Shown: positions 19,941 to 30,362 of the stretch, piece after piece | Layout of the letters: each line of letters begins with the position of its first letter | Numbering within the stretch: the stretch's first letter is position 1 | Assembly (NCBI GenBank): GCA_963790205.1 | Contig: CAWBNQ010000001.1 | Coordinates: 448,001 to 512,000, forward strand | Direction of reading: 5' to 3' | Origin: Nitrospirota bacterium | GTDB lineage: Bacteria > Nitrospirota > UBA9217 | DNA length: 64,000 bases | Notes under the pieces: model-generated | Told to the model about the DNA's origin: nothing | Seen by the model: the letters and a program-made list of their open reading frames with translations, nothing else | Databases searched by the model: none | Position numbers and translations under genes: made by a program

Positions 19941-20627
19941 CTAAACGCCTTTCCGGGCCATGTCTCTCCGATCCCGATGGGAGACGCCGCTTAAACGGTC
20001 TCTATATCGCTTATTGATGATGGCGCAGACTTCTTCGGGCTCCTCAACGATATGCATGAGATCGAGGTCCTCGGGGCTGATGTTGCCCATGGCGAGCGCC
20101 GATTCCCTCATCCAGTCGATCAAGCCTTGCCAGTACTCCCTGCCCACGAGCACGACAGGGAAGCTCCTGATCTTGTTGGTCTGGATGAGCGTGAGCGCCT
20201 CGAACAGTTCGTCCATGGTGCCAAAGCCGCCCGGGAAGATCACATATCCGACGGCATATTTTACAAACATGAGCTTGCGCACAAAAAAGTAGCGGAATTC
20301 CACGCGGACGTCCTGGAATGCGTTAGGCGTCTGTTCCGTGGGCAGTTCGATGTTCAGTCCGACGGAGATCCCGTTCGCGTTTTGCGCCCCCCTGTTTGCA
20401 GCCTCCATGATGCCGGGCCCGCCTCCCGAGATGACCGCAAAGCCGTCCTTTGCCAGATTTTCCGCAACCTTGAGGCATTTATTGTAGTAGGGTGATCCCG
20501 GCTGGAGACGGGCGCTCCCGAACATCGTAACGGCGGGGCCGATGCCGTTCAGTGCCTCGAAACCCTCCACAAGCTCTGCCATGATGCGGAACACCCGCCA
20601 GGTGTCGGATTTTGCCAGATCTTCCAT
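19941..20627 (-). CDS. LOG family Rossmann-fold protein (TIGR00730-like)
   Basis: FGSAR, SGGGPGIMEAAN, YFFVRK and PGGFGTMDE. Confidence 0.92.
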   Translation of the reverse strand: MEDLAKSDTWRVFRIMAELVEGFEALNGIGPAVTMFGSARLQPGSPYYNKCLKVAENLAKDGFAVISGGGPGIMEAANRGAQNANGISVGLNIELPTEQTPNAFQDVRVEFRYFFVRKLMFVKYAVGYVIFPGGFGTMDELFEALTLIQTNKIRSFPVVLVGREYWQGLIDWMRESALAMGNISPEDLDLMHIVEEPEEVCAIINKRYRDRLSGVSHRDRRDMARKGV

Positions 20628-20756
20628 GTTTCTTTCTCCTTTTATGTTAAGAAAAATTTTTTCCGCAGAGATCATCGAGGCTGCAGACGCGGAGCGAAGT
20701 CGAGAAATTGAAAAGCGGAAAGACATGATGCAATAATGCATTAACCTTCATCTTCC

Positions 20757-21848
20757 TCATTTTTGTTTTCCGTTTTCATTCGCCGCGTACTCCTCGCGGT
20801 AAATCTGGATAAATGCGGTAAGAAGCGTCACGATCAGGGGACCGAAAAGAATGCCCAGGATGCCGTATACCTGCAATCCGCCGAGGATCCCCAGGAACAA
20901 GAAGAACGTCGGGAGGTCGGCTTTTTTCCCGATGAGCATGGGTTTTAAAAAATTGTCCGGCAGGCTTACCAGGACCAGTCCCCAGCTCGCGAGAAGTACT
21001 CCCTGCAGAGTTGCGCCGGTCAGCAGAAGGAAGAGCGCCCCGGGAATCCAGACAAGCGCCGCGCCTCCGATCGGAAGAAGCGCCAAAAAAGCGGCAAGAA
21101 AACCCCAGAATACCGGAAAGGGCACGTGAAACAGCGCGAACCCGATGCCGGTCATACACCCCTGGCCAAGGGCGATGAGAAATATGCCGTTCATCACCGC
21201 ACTAAAGGTGTCGTGAAATTTCCGCGCTATGGATTGCTTCTGCTCATGCTTGAAGGGGAGCAGGTCCATACCGGCGCGGTAGTAGTCCTCCCCGCTGCGA
21301 AAAAAGAAAAAAAGAGCAATGAGCGTGATCAGGAGATTAACGACCAGGAGCACAGTGTTGCGGAGAACGCTGCCGATGTGCGTTGCCAGGCTTGAAGATA
21401 TTTGGCCCAGGCCTTTTATGAAGGTTCCCTTTATACCAAAACCGGAGAGCAGCGGATGGGTGAGAATCGTTTGCGAGACAGAGGAGGTCAGCCTGTTCCA
21501 GAGCTCAGCCGCGGCGCCGGATCTAATGCCCTCCGAAGCCCACTGGTACAGGTCGACGGCCTGGGATACAAGCATGGCAAGCAGCGCTAGAGCAGGACCG
21601 ATTACGAGAAGGAGGGTGACGAGCGTCATGGCAGCCGCGGCAAGCCCTGTCCTCCCGCGGAGCAGGGTCACCGTCTTTCTGTAGAGAGGATGAAGCGCGA
21701 GCGCGATGATGCCCGCCCAGACAAGGGCCGCGAAAAAGACCGCGAGTATCCTGGCCATCTGGTACAGGAGGAACAGAAAAATTGCGAAAAAGGCAACAGT
21801 GACGGCATGCGAGCGGGAGATGGAGGGTTCTGTTTGTTTGCTGGTCAA
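20757..21848 (-). CDS. AI-2E family transporter
   Basis: Multi-TM protein with DNFLKPMLIG and GILGG...GPLI. Confidence 0.88.
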   Translation of the reverse strand: MTSKQTEPSISRSHAVTVAFFAIFLFLLYQMARILAVFFAALVWAGIIALALHPLYRKTVTLLRGRTGLAAAAMTLVTLLLVIGPALALLAMLVSQAVDLYQWASEGIRSGAAAELWNRLTSSVSQTILTHPLLSGFGIKGTFIKGLGQISSSLATHIGSVLRNTVLLVVNLLITLIALFFFFRSGEDYYRAGMDLLPFKHEQKQSIARKFHDTFSAVMNGIFLIALGQGCMTGIGFALFHVPFPVFWGFLAAFLALLPIGGAALVWIPGALFLLLTGATLQGVLLASWGLVLVSLPDNFLKPMLIGKKADLPTFFLFLGILGGLQVYGILGILFGPLIVTLLTAFIQIYREEYAANENGKQK

Positions 21849-22864
21849 GCATCCCCCCCGGCTGCCGATTTTTTGTGCGCAGCCAGCTTAACGGCAAGCT
21901 TCACCGCCTCGAGCAAGCTCGCCGGATCGGCACAGCCCCTGCCGGCGATGTCGTAGGCGGTCCCGTGATCGACCGAGGTCCGTATGATCGGCAGGCCCAC
22001 GGTGACGTTCACGGCGTTTCCGAAAGCCATCATCTTAAGCGGCGCCAGGCCCTGGTCGTGGTACATGGCAACCACGACGTCGTAGTAATTGTTACGCGCC
22101 TTGTAAAAGAGCGTGTCGGCCGGAACGGGGTCGCTTGCGTCAATACCCGCCTCGCGCGCCTTTATCACGGCAGGCAGTATCTCGTCCCACTCTTCGGACC
22201 CGAAGAGCCTTCCCTCCCCTGCATGCGGATTCAGGGCCGCCACGCCGATGCGGGGCTTTTCGATGCCGAAGGTTTGCATCGCCTTGTGCGCGAGGCGGAG
22301 GGTCTTCAAGATCGTGCCGGTATTGATGTGCTTGTGCACATCCCTGAGCGCGAGATGGATGGTCGCCAGAATAACCCGCAAGCCGCCGCCCACGAACAGC
22401 ATGCCGTATTCCTGAGAAGCAGTGAGGTAGGCGAGAAGCTCGGTGTGGCCGGCGTAATGGTAGCCCGCCGCGTTCATCATTTCCTTGTTAATCGGCGCGG
22501 TAACGATCGCATCGGCCCCGCCGTTCATGGTCAATTCAACAGCCTTCTTGATATATTCAACGACTGCCTTGCCTGAAGAGATGCCGGGGCGTCCCCATTT
22601 GTGGGTAGCGAGGTCCACCATCTTGAGGTCGAGAACGTCCAGCTTGCCGTGATCAGGATCGGCCTGGGCGAGGGATGCAATGCTGCGTACCGAAATAGAA
22701 AGTCGCATTTCCTCGACAATTTTTTTTATGACACCGGTGTCGCCGATGACTACGGGCCTGCAGAGCGGATAGAGCTCGCCGCTGTCGATGACCTTGGTAA
22801 TGATCTCCGGGCCAATGCCGGCGGGATCGCCCATGGTTATGACTATGAAAGGTTTTCGTTCCAC
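21845..22864 (-). CDS. pdxA: 4-hydroxythreonine-4-phosphate dehydrogenase
   Basis: TMGDPAGIGPE, GHTE, LNPHAGE, MYHDQG and RTSVDHGTAYDIAG. Confidence 0.95.
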   Translation of the reverse strand: MERKPFIVITMGDPAGIGPEIITKVIDSGELYPLCRPVVIGDTGVIKKIVEEMRLSISVRSIASLAQADPDHGKLDVLDLKMVDLATHKWGRPGISSGKAVVEYIKKAVELTMNGGADAIVTAPINKEMMNAAGYHYAGHTELLAYLTASQEYGMLFVGGGLRVILATIHLALRDVHKHINTGTILKTLRLAHKAMQTFGIEKPRIGVAALNPHAGEGRLFGSEEWDEILPAVIKAREAGIDASDPVPADTLFYKARNNYYDVVVAMYHDQGLAPLKMMAFGNAVNVTVGLPIIRTSVDHGTAYDIAGRGCADPASLLEAVKLAVKLAAHKKSAAGGDA

Positions 22865-23136
22865 GGGTTTTTTTCTTTCGGCAAACGCGTATCTGATTTC
22901 AGCCGGTACAGTTCGTCCGGAAATGTCTTTTTGGAGGATGCTGCGAATAAGCCGATTATTTCGAGTTCAATGATTCGCGATGAAAATTTCAGGGTGACGA
23001 TATCGTGCTGCTTAACTTCTTTGGCCGGTTTGGCTGCGTTACCGTTGACGAGCACCTTGCCACTGTCGCACATCTCTCTGGCTGCAGTTCGTCTTTTTAT
23101 AAGCCTGCTGGTTTTCAGAAAGAGGTCAAGCCGCAC
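22843..23136 (-). CDS. S4-domain RNA-binding protein (Hsp15/YabO-like)
   Basis: MRLDLFLK..RLIKRRT.A..C..G.V.VNG..AKP. Confidence 0.88.
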   Translation of the reverse strand: MRLDLFLKTSRLIKRRTAAREMCDSGKVLVNGNAAKPAKEVKQHDIVTLKFSSRIIELEIIGLFAASSKKTFPDELYRLKSDTRLPKEKNPWNENLS

Positions 23137-23346
23137 AAAATAATTGTAGCGTAAAAAAGAGTGTTTTACAATCGCAATCTATAATCTGAAAAGTAGATTG
23201 ACGCTTGATAGTGAGAGAATCATTATCAAGCAGACAATGATGACAAGGGGAGCGAAACATGCAAATTTTGAATCAACACCTCCCGCCGGACAATGTTAGC
23301 TTCTTTTCCGTACAGAAGGCCATGCCCCCTGCCCCGGCAAGAACAG

Positions 23347-24765
23347 TTATTTTATCATGCCGATAGCAGTTTCAATACGCTTAATGGTCTTTTCTTTGCC
23401 CATCACCTCGATCACTTCAAAAATACCGGGGCTGACCGTGCCCCCGGTCAGGGCCACGCGCACGGGCTGGGCGAGCTTGCCGAGTTTTAGTCCCTTTGCC
23501 GACACCAGGGCATTGAACACCTTCTCCAGTTCGGCATGGGAAAAGGACTCGACAGACTTGAGGCGCGCTGTCAGTTCAGAGAGAAGCGGCGCCATGTCCG
23601 ACGTCAAGTGCTTGGCTTTTGCCTTTTCATCCATCTTAATATCGTCGACGATGAAGGGAAGGGCGGCGGTTTTCATTTCCGCTAGCGTGTGGCTACGTTC
23701 GGTGAGTATCTTTACGAGCTTCTTGAACCACTCGATGTCCGGCTCCCTGCCCGCGGTTATCGTGCCGTCCTTCTTTAAGAGATCAAGGACCAATTCCGCG
23801 AGTCTGCCGGACTCGGCCTGCTGAATGTAGTGATGGTTCAGCCAGAGGAGCTTCTCGGCATTGAAGATCGACGGAGCCTTGCCGACGCTCTCCAGAGAGA
23901 ATTTTTCTATAAGCTCCTGATTTGAGAATATCTCCTGATCGCCGTGGGACCAGCCGAGTCGCGCGAGGTAGTTCACGAGTGCTTCGGGCAAATAGCCCAA
24001 GGCGATATATTCGGTGACGGCTGTCGCGCCGTGGCGCTTTGATAATTTCGTCTTGTCCGAGCCCAGGATCATCGGCAGATGGGCGAACTCAGGCGGCTCG
24101 TACCCGAGCGCCCGGTAAAGCTGGATCTGGCGCGGGGTGTTGTTCAAATGGTCGTCGCCCCGGATCACATGGGAGATGTTCATGGTGACATCGTCCACAA
24201 CGACGGCAAAGTTGTAGGTAGGAAGCCCGTCCGAGCGCAGGATGATAAGGTCATCGAGCTGCTGGTTCTCGAAGGTCACCGCGCCGCGGATCAGATCGCG
24301 AACGACGGTCTGGCCCTCGTCGGACGAGAGGAACCGTACGGCCGGCGTCCTGCCCGCGATAGGGGCGCTCCGCGACCGGCATTTCCGGTCATATTTAGGC
24401 GGCTTGCCCGCGGCCATGGCTTCTTTTCTTCTGGTCTCAAGCTCTTCCGGCGTGCAGTAGCAGTGGTAAGCCTTACCCGCCTTGAGCAGGCGCTCGACGT
24501 GCTCACGGTAGACGGCCATGCGTTCGGTCTGTCGAAAGGGGCCCTCGTCCCAGTCGAGCCCGAGCCATTTCATTCCGTCGAGGATGATCTGAATGGACTC
24601 GTCAGTGGAACGGGTCTGGTCCGTGTCTTCGATCCGCAAAATAAACTTCCCACCGTGGTGGCGGGCAAATAGCCAGTTAAACAGAGCGGTACGGACGCCG
24701 CCGATGTGCAGGGCGCCGGTAGGGCTCGGCGCAAAGCGGACTCGAACGTCACTGGTGGTACTCAT
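23347..24765 (-). CDS. gltX: Glutamate--tRNA ligase
   Basis: RFAPSPTG.LHIGG (HIGH motif), KLSKR and IRGDDH. Confidence 0.97.
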   Translation of the reverse strand: MSTTSDVRVRFAPSPTGALHIGGVRTALFNWLFARHHGGKFILRIEDTDQTRSTDESIQIILDGMKWLGLDWDEGPFRQTERMAVYREHVERLLKAGKAYHCYCTPEELETRRKEAMAAGKPPKYDRKCRSRSAPIAGRTPAVRFLSSDEGQTVVRDLIRGAVTFENQQLDDLIILRSDGLPTYNFAVVVDDVTMNISHVIRGDDHLNNTPRQIQLYRALGYEPPEFAHLPMILGSDKTKLSKRHGATAVTEYIALGYLPEALVNYLARLGWSHGDQEIFSNQELIEKFSLESVGKAPSIFNAEKLLWLNHHYIQQAESGRLAELVLDLLKKDGTITAGREPDIEWFKKLVKILTERSHTLAEMKTAALPFIVDDIKMDEKAKAKHLTSDMAPLLSELTARLKSVESFSHAELEKVFNALVSAKGLKLGKLAQPVRVALTGGTVSPGIFEVIEVMGKEKTIKRIETAIGMIK

Positions 24766-24986
24766 GGTGCGGTTGACTCCTTGCGTTCATAAGGATTTGT
24801 TGTTGCAACACACTATTATAACAGATAATCGAGACTAGCAAAAGCAAATTAGCGGGTCGTCAAGATGAGCTCTCGGACGCCTATATATACTAACTATATG
24901 TAAGAAAACGGCTTTTTTGTGCCGGTGAATACATCAGCACGAAAAATGAAACGGATTTTTTATACGTGACCGCCTATCCGGTTGAT

Positions 24987-25015
24987 TTGACAAGGCCTCG
25001 TTCCTTCGCTATGAT
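24987..25015 (+). promoter_or_regulatory. Sigma-70 promoter
   Basis: TTGACA-N17-TATGAT upstream of the hexapeptide-repeat gene. Confidence 0.65.
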
Positions 25016-25119
25016 TGAAACAGTAATAATTGTAATTTGAGGTCCTGTTCTCGCTTGCTGCGGATATACGCCTTGGACTGGTGAGAAGCCGGCATCATAA
25101 TTTTTTTGGAGGTGTGAAT

Positions 25120-25566
25120 ATGGACATCAAGGTGTTAACGACTGCTCCTGTTGTAGAAATCGACGGCGTCAAATACCACCACCATCCGAATGGCGGAGGT
25201 ATGGTTGCCGAGAATGCGCATGTGGCGGATACCGTCTACGTCGGTCCCTTTGCCAAGATCTGCGGCCACTGCAAGCTGAGTGGCGAGGCCTTTGTATTCG
25301 GGAACGCCTGGATCTTCGACAAGGCGGAGGTCTCGGGCAGGGCCGAGATATTCGGGAACGCCAAGGTCTTCGGCAACGCGAAGGTCCAGGGTGACGCCAA
25401 GGTCTATGGATTTGCCGCCGTCTATGGCGACGCAGTGGTGAGCGGTTTTGCCGAGGTGTCTGACAGGGCAGAGATCGGGGGGAACGCGCGGGCGCTTGGC
25501 AATGCCCGGGTAGGCGGAGATGCCAAGGTTATGGGTGACGTGAGCGCTGAAAAAAAGGTGGCGTAA
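25120..25566 (+). CDS. Left-handed beta-helix hexapeptide repeat protein
   Basis: Tandem GNAKVF/GDAKVY-type hexapeptides; RBS GGAGG. Confidence 0.8.
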   Translation: MDIKVLTTAPVVEIDGVKYHHHPNGGGMVAENAHVADTVYVGPFAKICGHCKLSGEAFVFGNAWIFDKAEVSGRAEIFGNAKVFGNAKVQGDAKVYGFAAVYGDAVVSGFAEVSDRAEIGGNARALGNARVGGDAKVMGDVSAEKKVA

Positions 25567-25605
25567 CCGGCGGCATCTTCACAGCAATTTTCTAAATCAG
25601 AAAAT

Positions 25606-25638
25606 AAAAAAGGGACGGTTCAAAGAGCCGTCCCTTTT
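25606..25638. terminator. Bidirectional intrinsic terminator
   Basis: aaaaagggacgg-ttcaaagag-ccgtcccttttt between convergent genes. Confidence 0.8.
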
Positions 25639-25659
25639 TGTTATACTGAAGCATATTTG

Positions 25660-26085
<426 letters not shown>

Positions 26086-26120
26086 TCAGGAAGGAACTCT
26101 GTACCATCGGGGTCGAATGT

Positions 26121-26807
26121 CTAGTGATGTTCTCCGCCGATATGCGCCTCTTCGATAGATCCGGCGAGATAGAGCATAGTCAAAAGCGCGAACACTCCTG
26201 CCTGCACGAAGGATACAAGGAGGCCGAGGCCAAGAATAGGAACTTGTAGAAAATAAGGAAAAAGAAAGAACAAAACGAGAAGCAGAACATGCTTGGCGAT
26301 CATGTTCCCGAAAAGACGAATAGAGAGTGAGAGCACCCTGGCTAAATGGCTGATGACTTCGATGATAAACATGAATGGTGCAAGGACCCACATCGGACCA
26401 AAAAAGTGCTTAATATACCCGAACCCATGTCGTTTGACGCCGATATAATGAGTTGCGGTGAACGATACGAGCGCCAGCGCAAGCGTCGTGTTGATATTGG
26501 CAGTCGGTGAATCGAATCCGGGGAAGAGTCCCTCGAGGTTGCAGACGAGGATGAACAGGAACAGGGTGCCGATCAGCGTCAGGTAATGCTTGCCCTCGGG
26601 TCCCATGATCTCTTCGACGAAGTTTTCGAGGCCACCGACGATGGTCTCCATGAGGTTCTGTACACCCGTGGGCGCGGACTTTTTAAGGGTTAAACGCGCG
26701 ACGAGTGAAAGGCCGATGAGGATTGCCATGGCAAGCCATGTGTACGTGACATGTACTGGAACATTCGGTGCCAATGCTTCTAGTACCAGCGGACCTTCTT
26801 TCATCAT
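26121..26807 (-). CDS. atpB: ATP synthase F0 subunit a
   Basis: PTANIN, LSLSIRLFGNM and QAGVFALLT. Confidence 0.95.
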   Translation of the reverse strand: MMKEGPLVLEALAPNVPVHVTYTWLAMAILIGLSLVARLTLKKSAPTGVQNLMETIVGGLENFVEEIMGPEGKHYLTLIGTLFLFILVCNLEGLFPGFDSPTANINTTLALALVSFTATHYIGVKRHGFGYIKHFFGPMWVLAPFMFIIEVISHLARVLSLSIRLFGNMIAKHVLLLVLFFLFPYFLQVPILGLGLLVSFVQAGVFALLTMLYLAGSIEEAHIGGEHH

Positions 26808-27129
26808 AACCTAACGCTCCTTATTAGACGAATATCATACTCGAAAAAATCTACAGGAACCCCCTTTTTTTGTCAAGAAAAAACCAGGAATGATCTCATA
26901 AAATTTCTTAATAATTCTATATATTATTGCTAATAAAACGTAACCTTTCCGGAACAGGCAACAGAAGGTGCCGTCCCCCTGACTGGTCGCGGGTTTGCAA
27001 AAGGCCGGGATGCGGGCTACAGGAAACGAGCGGGATGGTTAATGCCGAAGTCGTATACGCGCTTGAATCATTCTTGCCTTATTTAGGGAGAATGAAATCG
27101 TAAAACTTGTTGCATGAACTGCCCTGTCT

Positions 27130-28335
27130 TTACAGTTCCGCTATTGAAACGCTGTTTCTGCCGGCCTGTTTTGAGGTATAGAGGGCGGCATCAGCGCGTG
27201 CCACGATGGTGTCGCTATTTTCCACGGCAGCGCAGCAGCTTGCTACCCCTATGCTCATCGAGAGCCCGATCAATTTCCCAGGAAGCTCAAGTTCGGTGTT
27301 CTCTACCGCCGCACGAATCTTTTCCGCAAGACTTTTTGCCCCGTTGAGCGACGTTTCGGGAAGGATCATCATGAACTCATCACCGCCGTACCGACCGATG
27401 ACATCCGCTTTTCTGAGCGTCTTCTTGAGAGACTCTGCAATGGCCTGGAGCGCGAGGTCTCCCGCCCGATGGCCGTAGGAGTCGTTTATAAGCTTGAACC
27501 GGTCGATGTCGCAAAGAATCAGCGAGAGATCGGAAGAGTAACGGCTTGCCCGACCGGTCTCGTGATCGAGGATATCGTTGAGAGCCCTTCTGTTGAGCAG
27601 CCCGGTAAGGCTGTCGGTCGTCGAGAGGTGGTTCAGTTTTTTTATCAGGTGTTTCTTCTCCTCTTCCGCCATTTTGCGGTCAGTAATGTTCCTGGCGTAT
27701 TCGATAACATGAGAAACCCGCATGTTCTCGTCGAGGACGGGATAGGTATAGATTTCCATCCACAGCTCAGACCCGTCTGGGGTCGTTACGAGCTTCTCTT
27801 TGGCGCAGGGGTCGGATGACCGAAATGTCTTCTCGACTACGCACTCTTCACAGACGCCGGTTCTGCCGTGTAGCGCCTTATAGCATGTTTTGCCGAGAAG
27901 GTCGTTCGCCGGCCTTTCATGTGTGCATACGAATCGTTCACTTTCATGATCGTGTAATCCCGGGCCATGATGCTGAAGGGGTCGTGGATGCTGTTGAATA
28001 TGATGCCCAAAAAATTTTCCGATCTTCGCAGTTCTTCTTCCGTCCGCACGCACACGGATCTCTTTTCTCAGACGGTCATTAACGACCATGCTATCCGTTA
28101 GAGTCTCATGTGCCGGGTCGCGTTTAATGACTGCTTTGGTGAGAAGAGCGCTGTACAAGAGGAAGCCGGCAATCATGAATAGGAGGGGATAGATCTCATG
28201 GGATGATGTGCCGATCAGTAAAGCAACAGGGGATGTGCCACGATGTAAGAAGTAGGCGTCGATCATCGCGCCTGCTGCCCAGAGGACAAGAGCTACAATA
28301 AGCGACAAGATGACTATGTTTCGGGTATATTTCAT
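27130..28335 (-). CDS. Membrane PAS-GGDEF diguanylate cyclase with two compensating frameshifts in the PAS region
   Basis: TDSLTGLLNRR, RKAD I-site and GGDEF. The PAS N-terminal half (RTEEELRRSENFLGIIFNSIHDPFSIM) lies in the alternative frame at 27910-28052. Confidence 0.85.
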   Translation of the reverse strand: MKYTRNIVILSLIVALVLWAAGAMIDAYFLHRGTSPVALLIGTSSHEIYPLLFMIAGFLLYSALLTKAVIKRDPAHETLTDSMVVNDRLRKEIRVRADGRRTAKIGKFFGHHIQQHPRPLQHHGPGLHDHESERFVCTHERPANDLLGKTCYKALHGRTGVCEECVVEKTFRSSDPCAKEKLVTTPDGSELWMEIYTYPVLDENMRVSHVIEYARNITDRKMAEEEKKHLIKKLNHLSTTDSLTGLLNRRALNDILDHETGRASRYSSDLSLILCDIDRFKLINDSYGHRAGDLALQAIAESLKKTLRKADVIGRYGGDEFMMILPETSLNGAKSLAEKIRAAVENTELELPGKLIGLSMSIGVASCCAAVENSDTIVARADAALYTSKQAGRNSVSIAEL

Positions 28336-28957
28336 GCTTCGCCCATTATTTTACTGATTCACCCAATAAATATGCAATTCGCGTGCTCGACATATTATGC
28401 CTCCATTATGGTTATAGCGTATCAACCATAATATTACGATAGTATTTATTAAAATCAATGAGTTATAACTTTTGATGGCATTTCATTAGAGCATTTTTCG
28501 GGCACATTAGAGCCTTATGGTGTGGGTTATATACTACTAAAATATTAGTAAAATCACTCAATGGCATGTATTCGCTTCTTTGCCATTGTTTTGCACTTAT
28601 CCTGACAAAAAAGCATCGGCGTTTATTTTTCACAAACTTCATAAAGGGGCAGTAGGGGGGTGGCTGAAAGGGAGTTATTAAGAAATAGCGGCCTGAATCC
28701 ACGATCCTCAGGTGCGGCAATTGCTGACTGGATTATAGAATGGCCAAATGAGAGATAATTAATCGCAACTACGATTATTTCATGGTGATGGGATCAATAA
28801 AGAGAGAATAGGCAAGAAAGAACACATTAGACTGCAAGTGCTGTCAGTTCGCCACGAGTAAGCCTCGCATCATTAGAGTGAGCTATCTCTGGACTCAAAA
28901 CCATCCTCCTTAGACAAAAAAAAGGATGGGCAAAATTTAAAAATTTGCAGGACCGGC

Positions 28958-29521
28958 CTAAACGGTCATGATCTCTTTTTCTTTGTGCGCCAGGAATTCG
29001 TCGATCTTCTTAATATAGCTATCGGTTGTCTTCTGGATCTCGTCCTGCAGCTTCTTAATCTCATCCTCGGAAACGTGGGTGTCCTTGTCCTTGCTTTTTC
29101 TCTTAATCTCATCGTTGATGTCGCGGCGAATATTGCGGACGATGATTCGTCCGTCCTCGGCAAGCTTCTTTGCGTGCTTCACGATCTGCTGCCTGCGCTC
29201 TTCCGTCAGCGGAGGAATGCTGAGACGGATGATCTTGCCGTCGTTGCCGGGAGTGAGGCCCACGTCAGATTTCAAAATGGCCTTCTCGATCTCCCCGAGC
29301 ATCTTCGCTTCCCAAGGTTGGATGGTGATGGTCCGCGGGTCGGGCACGGCCATGTTTGCTACCAGGTTGAGCGCCGTTGGTGTGCCGTAGTAGTCCACCA
29401 AGACCCCGTCGAGCATGCCGAGCGACGCCCTTCCGGTGCGCAAGGTTGCGAACTCCTTCCTGAGCGCATCAAGGGCCTTGCTCATCTTCTCGTCAGCCTT
29501 CTTTTTTTGCTCGCTAAGCAT
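28958..29521 (-). CDS. frr: Ribosome recycling factor
   Basis: [20 protein letters not shown] and RNIRRD. Confidence 0.97.
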   Translation of the reverse strand: MLSEQKKKADEKMSKALDALRKEFATLRTGRASLGMLDGVLVDYYGTPTALNLVANMAVPDPRTITIQPWEAKMLGEIEKAILKSDVGLTPGNDGKIIRLSIPPLTEERRQQIVKHAKKLAEDGRIIVRNIRRDINDEIKRKSKDKDTHVSEDEIKKLQDEIQKTTDSYIKKIDEFLAHKEKEIMTV

Positions 29522-30242
29522 TGTTCCTCCCGGTTACGAGCGTTCCCACCGTTTCACCCAAAACGATTCGCTTGATATTGCCGGAAACGTTTAAATTGAA
29601 AACGATGATGGGAAGATTATTGTCCATGCAGAGGGAGATAGCCGTTGCATCCATGACGCGAAGGTCCTTTCGGAGCACGTCAAGGTACGTCAGGCTGTCG
29701 AACTTGGTTGCAGTCTTGTCCTTCATGGGGTCCGCGCTATATACGCCGTTAACCTTTGTCGCCTTCATGATGATTTCTGCCCCAACCTCCATGGCGCGGA
29801 GGGCAGCCGCGGTATCAGTTGTAAAATAAGGATTGCCCGTCCCGGCCGCAAAAATGACGACCCGGCCTTTTTCGAGATGACGCACCGCGCGCCGCCTGAT
29901 ATAGGTCTCGGCGAGTTCCCGCATCTCAATGGCCGACTGTACCCGGGTGACGACACCTTTGTTCTCAAGAATGTTCTGGAGCGCAAGGGCGTTTAACACG
30001 GTGGCAAGCATGCCCATGTAATCGGCGCTCGCCCTCTCCATCCCTTTTGCGGCAGCGGACAAACCACGGAAGATATTGCCGCCGCCGATGACAATAGCGA
30101 CCTCGACGCCGAGTTCGCAGATTTCCTTAACCTCGGATGTGATCTTGTCGAGCACCCCATGGTCGATGCCGTAACCCTGATCGCCCATAAGGGCCTCGCC
30201 GGAAAGCTTCAGGAGAATGCGTTTGTATCGCGCGTGTGCCAT
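29514..30242 (-). CDS. pyrH: UMP kinase
   Basis: [15 protein letters not shown] and [10 protein letters not shown]. Confidence 0.97.
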   Translation of the reverse strand: MAHARYKRILLKLSGEALMGDQGYGIDHGVLDKITSEVKEICELGVEVAIVIGGGNIFRGLSAAAKGMERASADYMGMLATVLNALALQNILENKGVVTRVQSAIEMRELAETYIRRRAVRHLEKGRVVIFAAGTGNPYFTTDTAAALRAMEVGAEIIMKATKVNGVYSADPMKDKTATKFDSLTYLDVLRKDLRVMDATAISLCMDNNLPIIVFNLNVSGNIKRIVLGETVGTLVTGRNNA

Positions 30243-30248
30243 GATTTA

Positions 30249-30361
30249 CCCCGTTAGAGAAAACCACCCGTCATTCCGGCAGGATACTTCATTAACCTTC
30301 CTGATTCGCATAAGCAGGCCGTCAGCTATTTCCGTTTAAAATATATAAGTTCTTAACGGGG
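30249..30361. repeat. MITE-like element with terminal inverted repeats
   Basis: CCCCGTTAGAGAA ... TTCTTAACGGGG fills the tsf-pyrH spacer. Confidence 0.5.
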
Positions 30362-30362
30362 C

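Noticed and set aside
28372..28389. Sigma-54 promoter for the diguanylate cyclase (GAGCACGCGAATTGCA, minus strand)
   Set aside because: The invariant -24 GG is AG.
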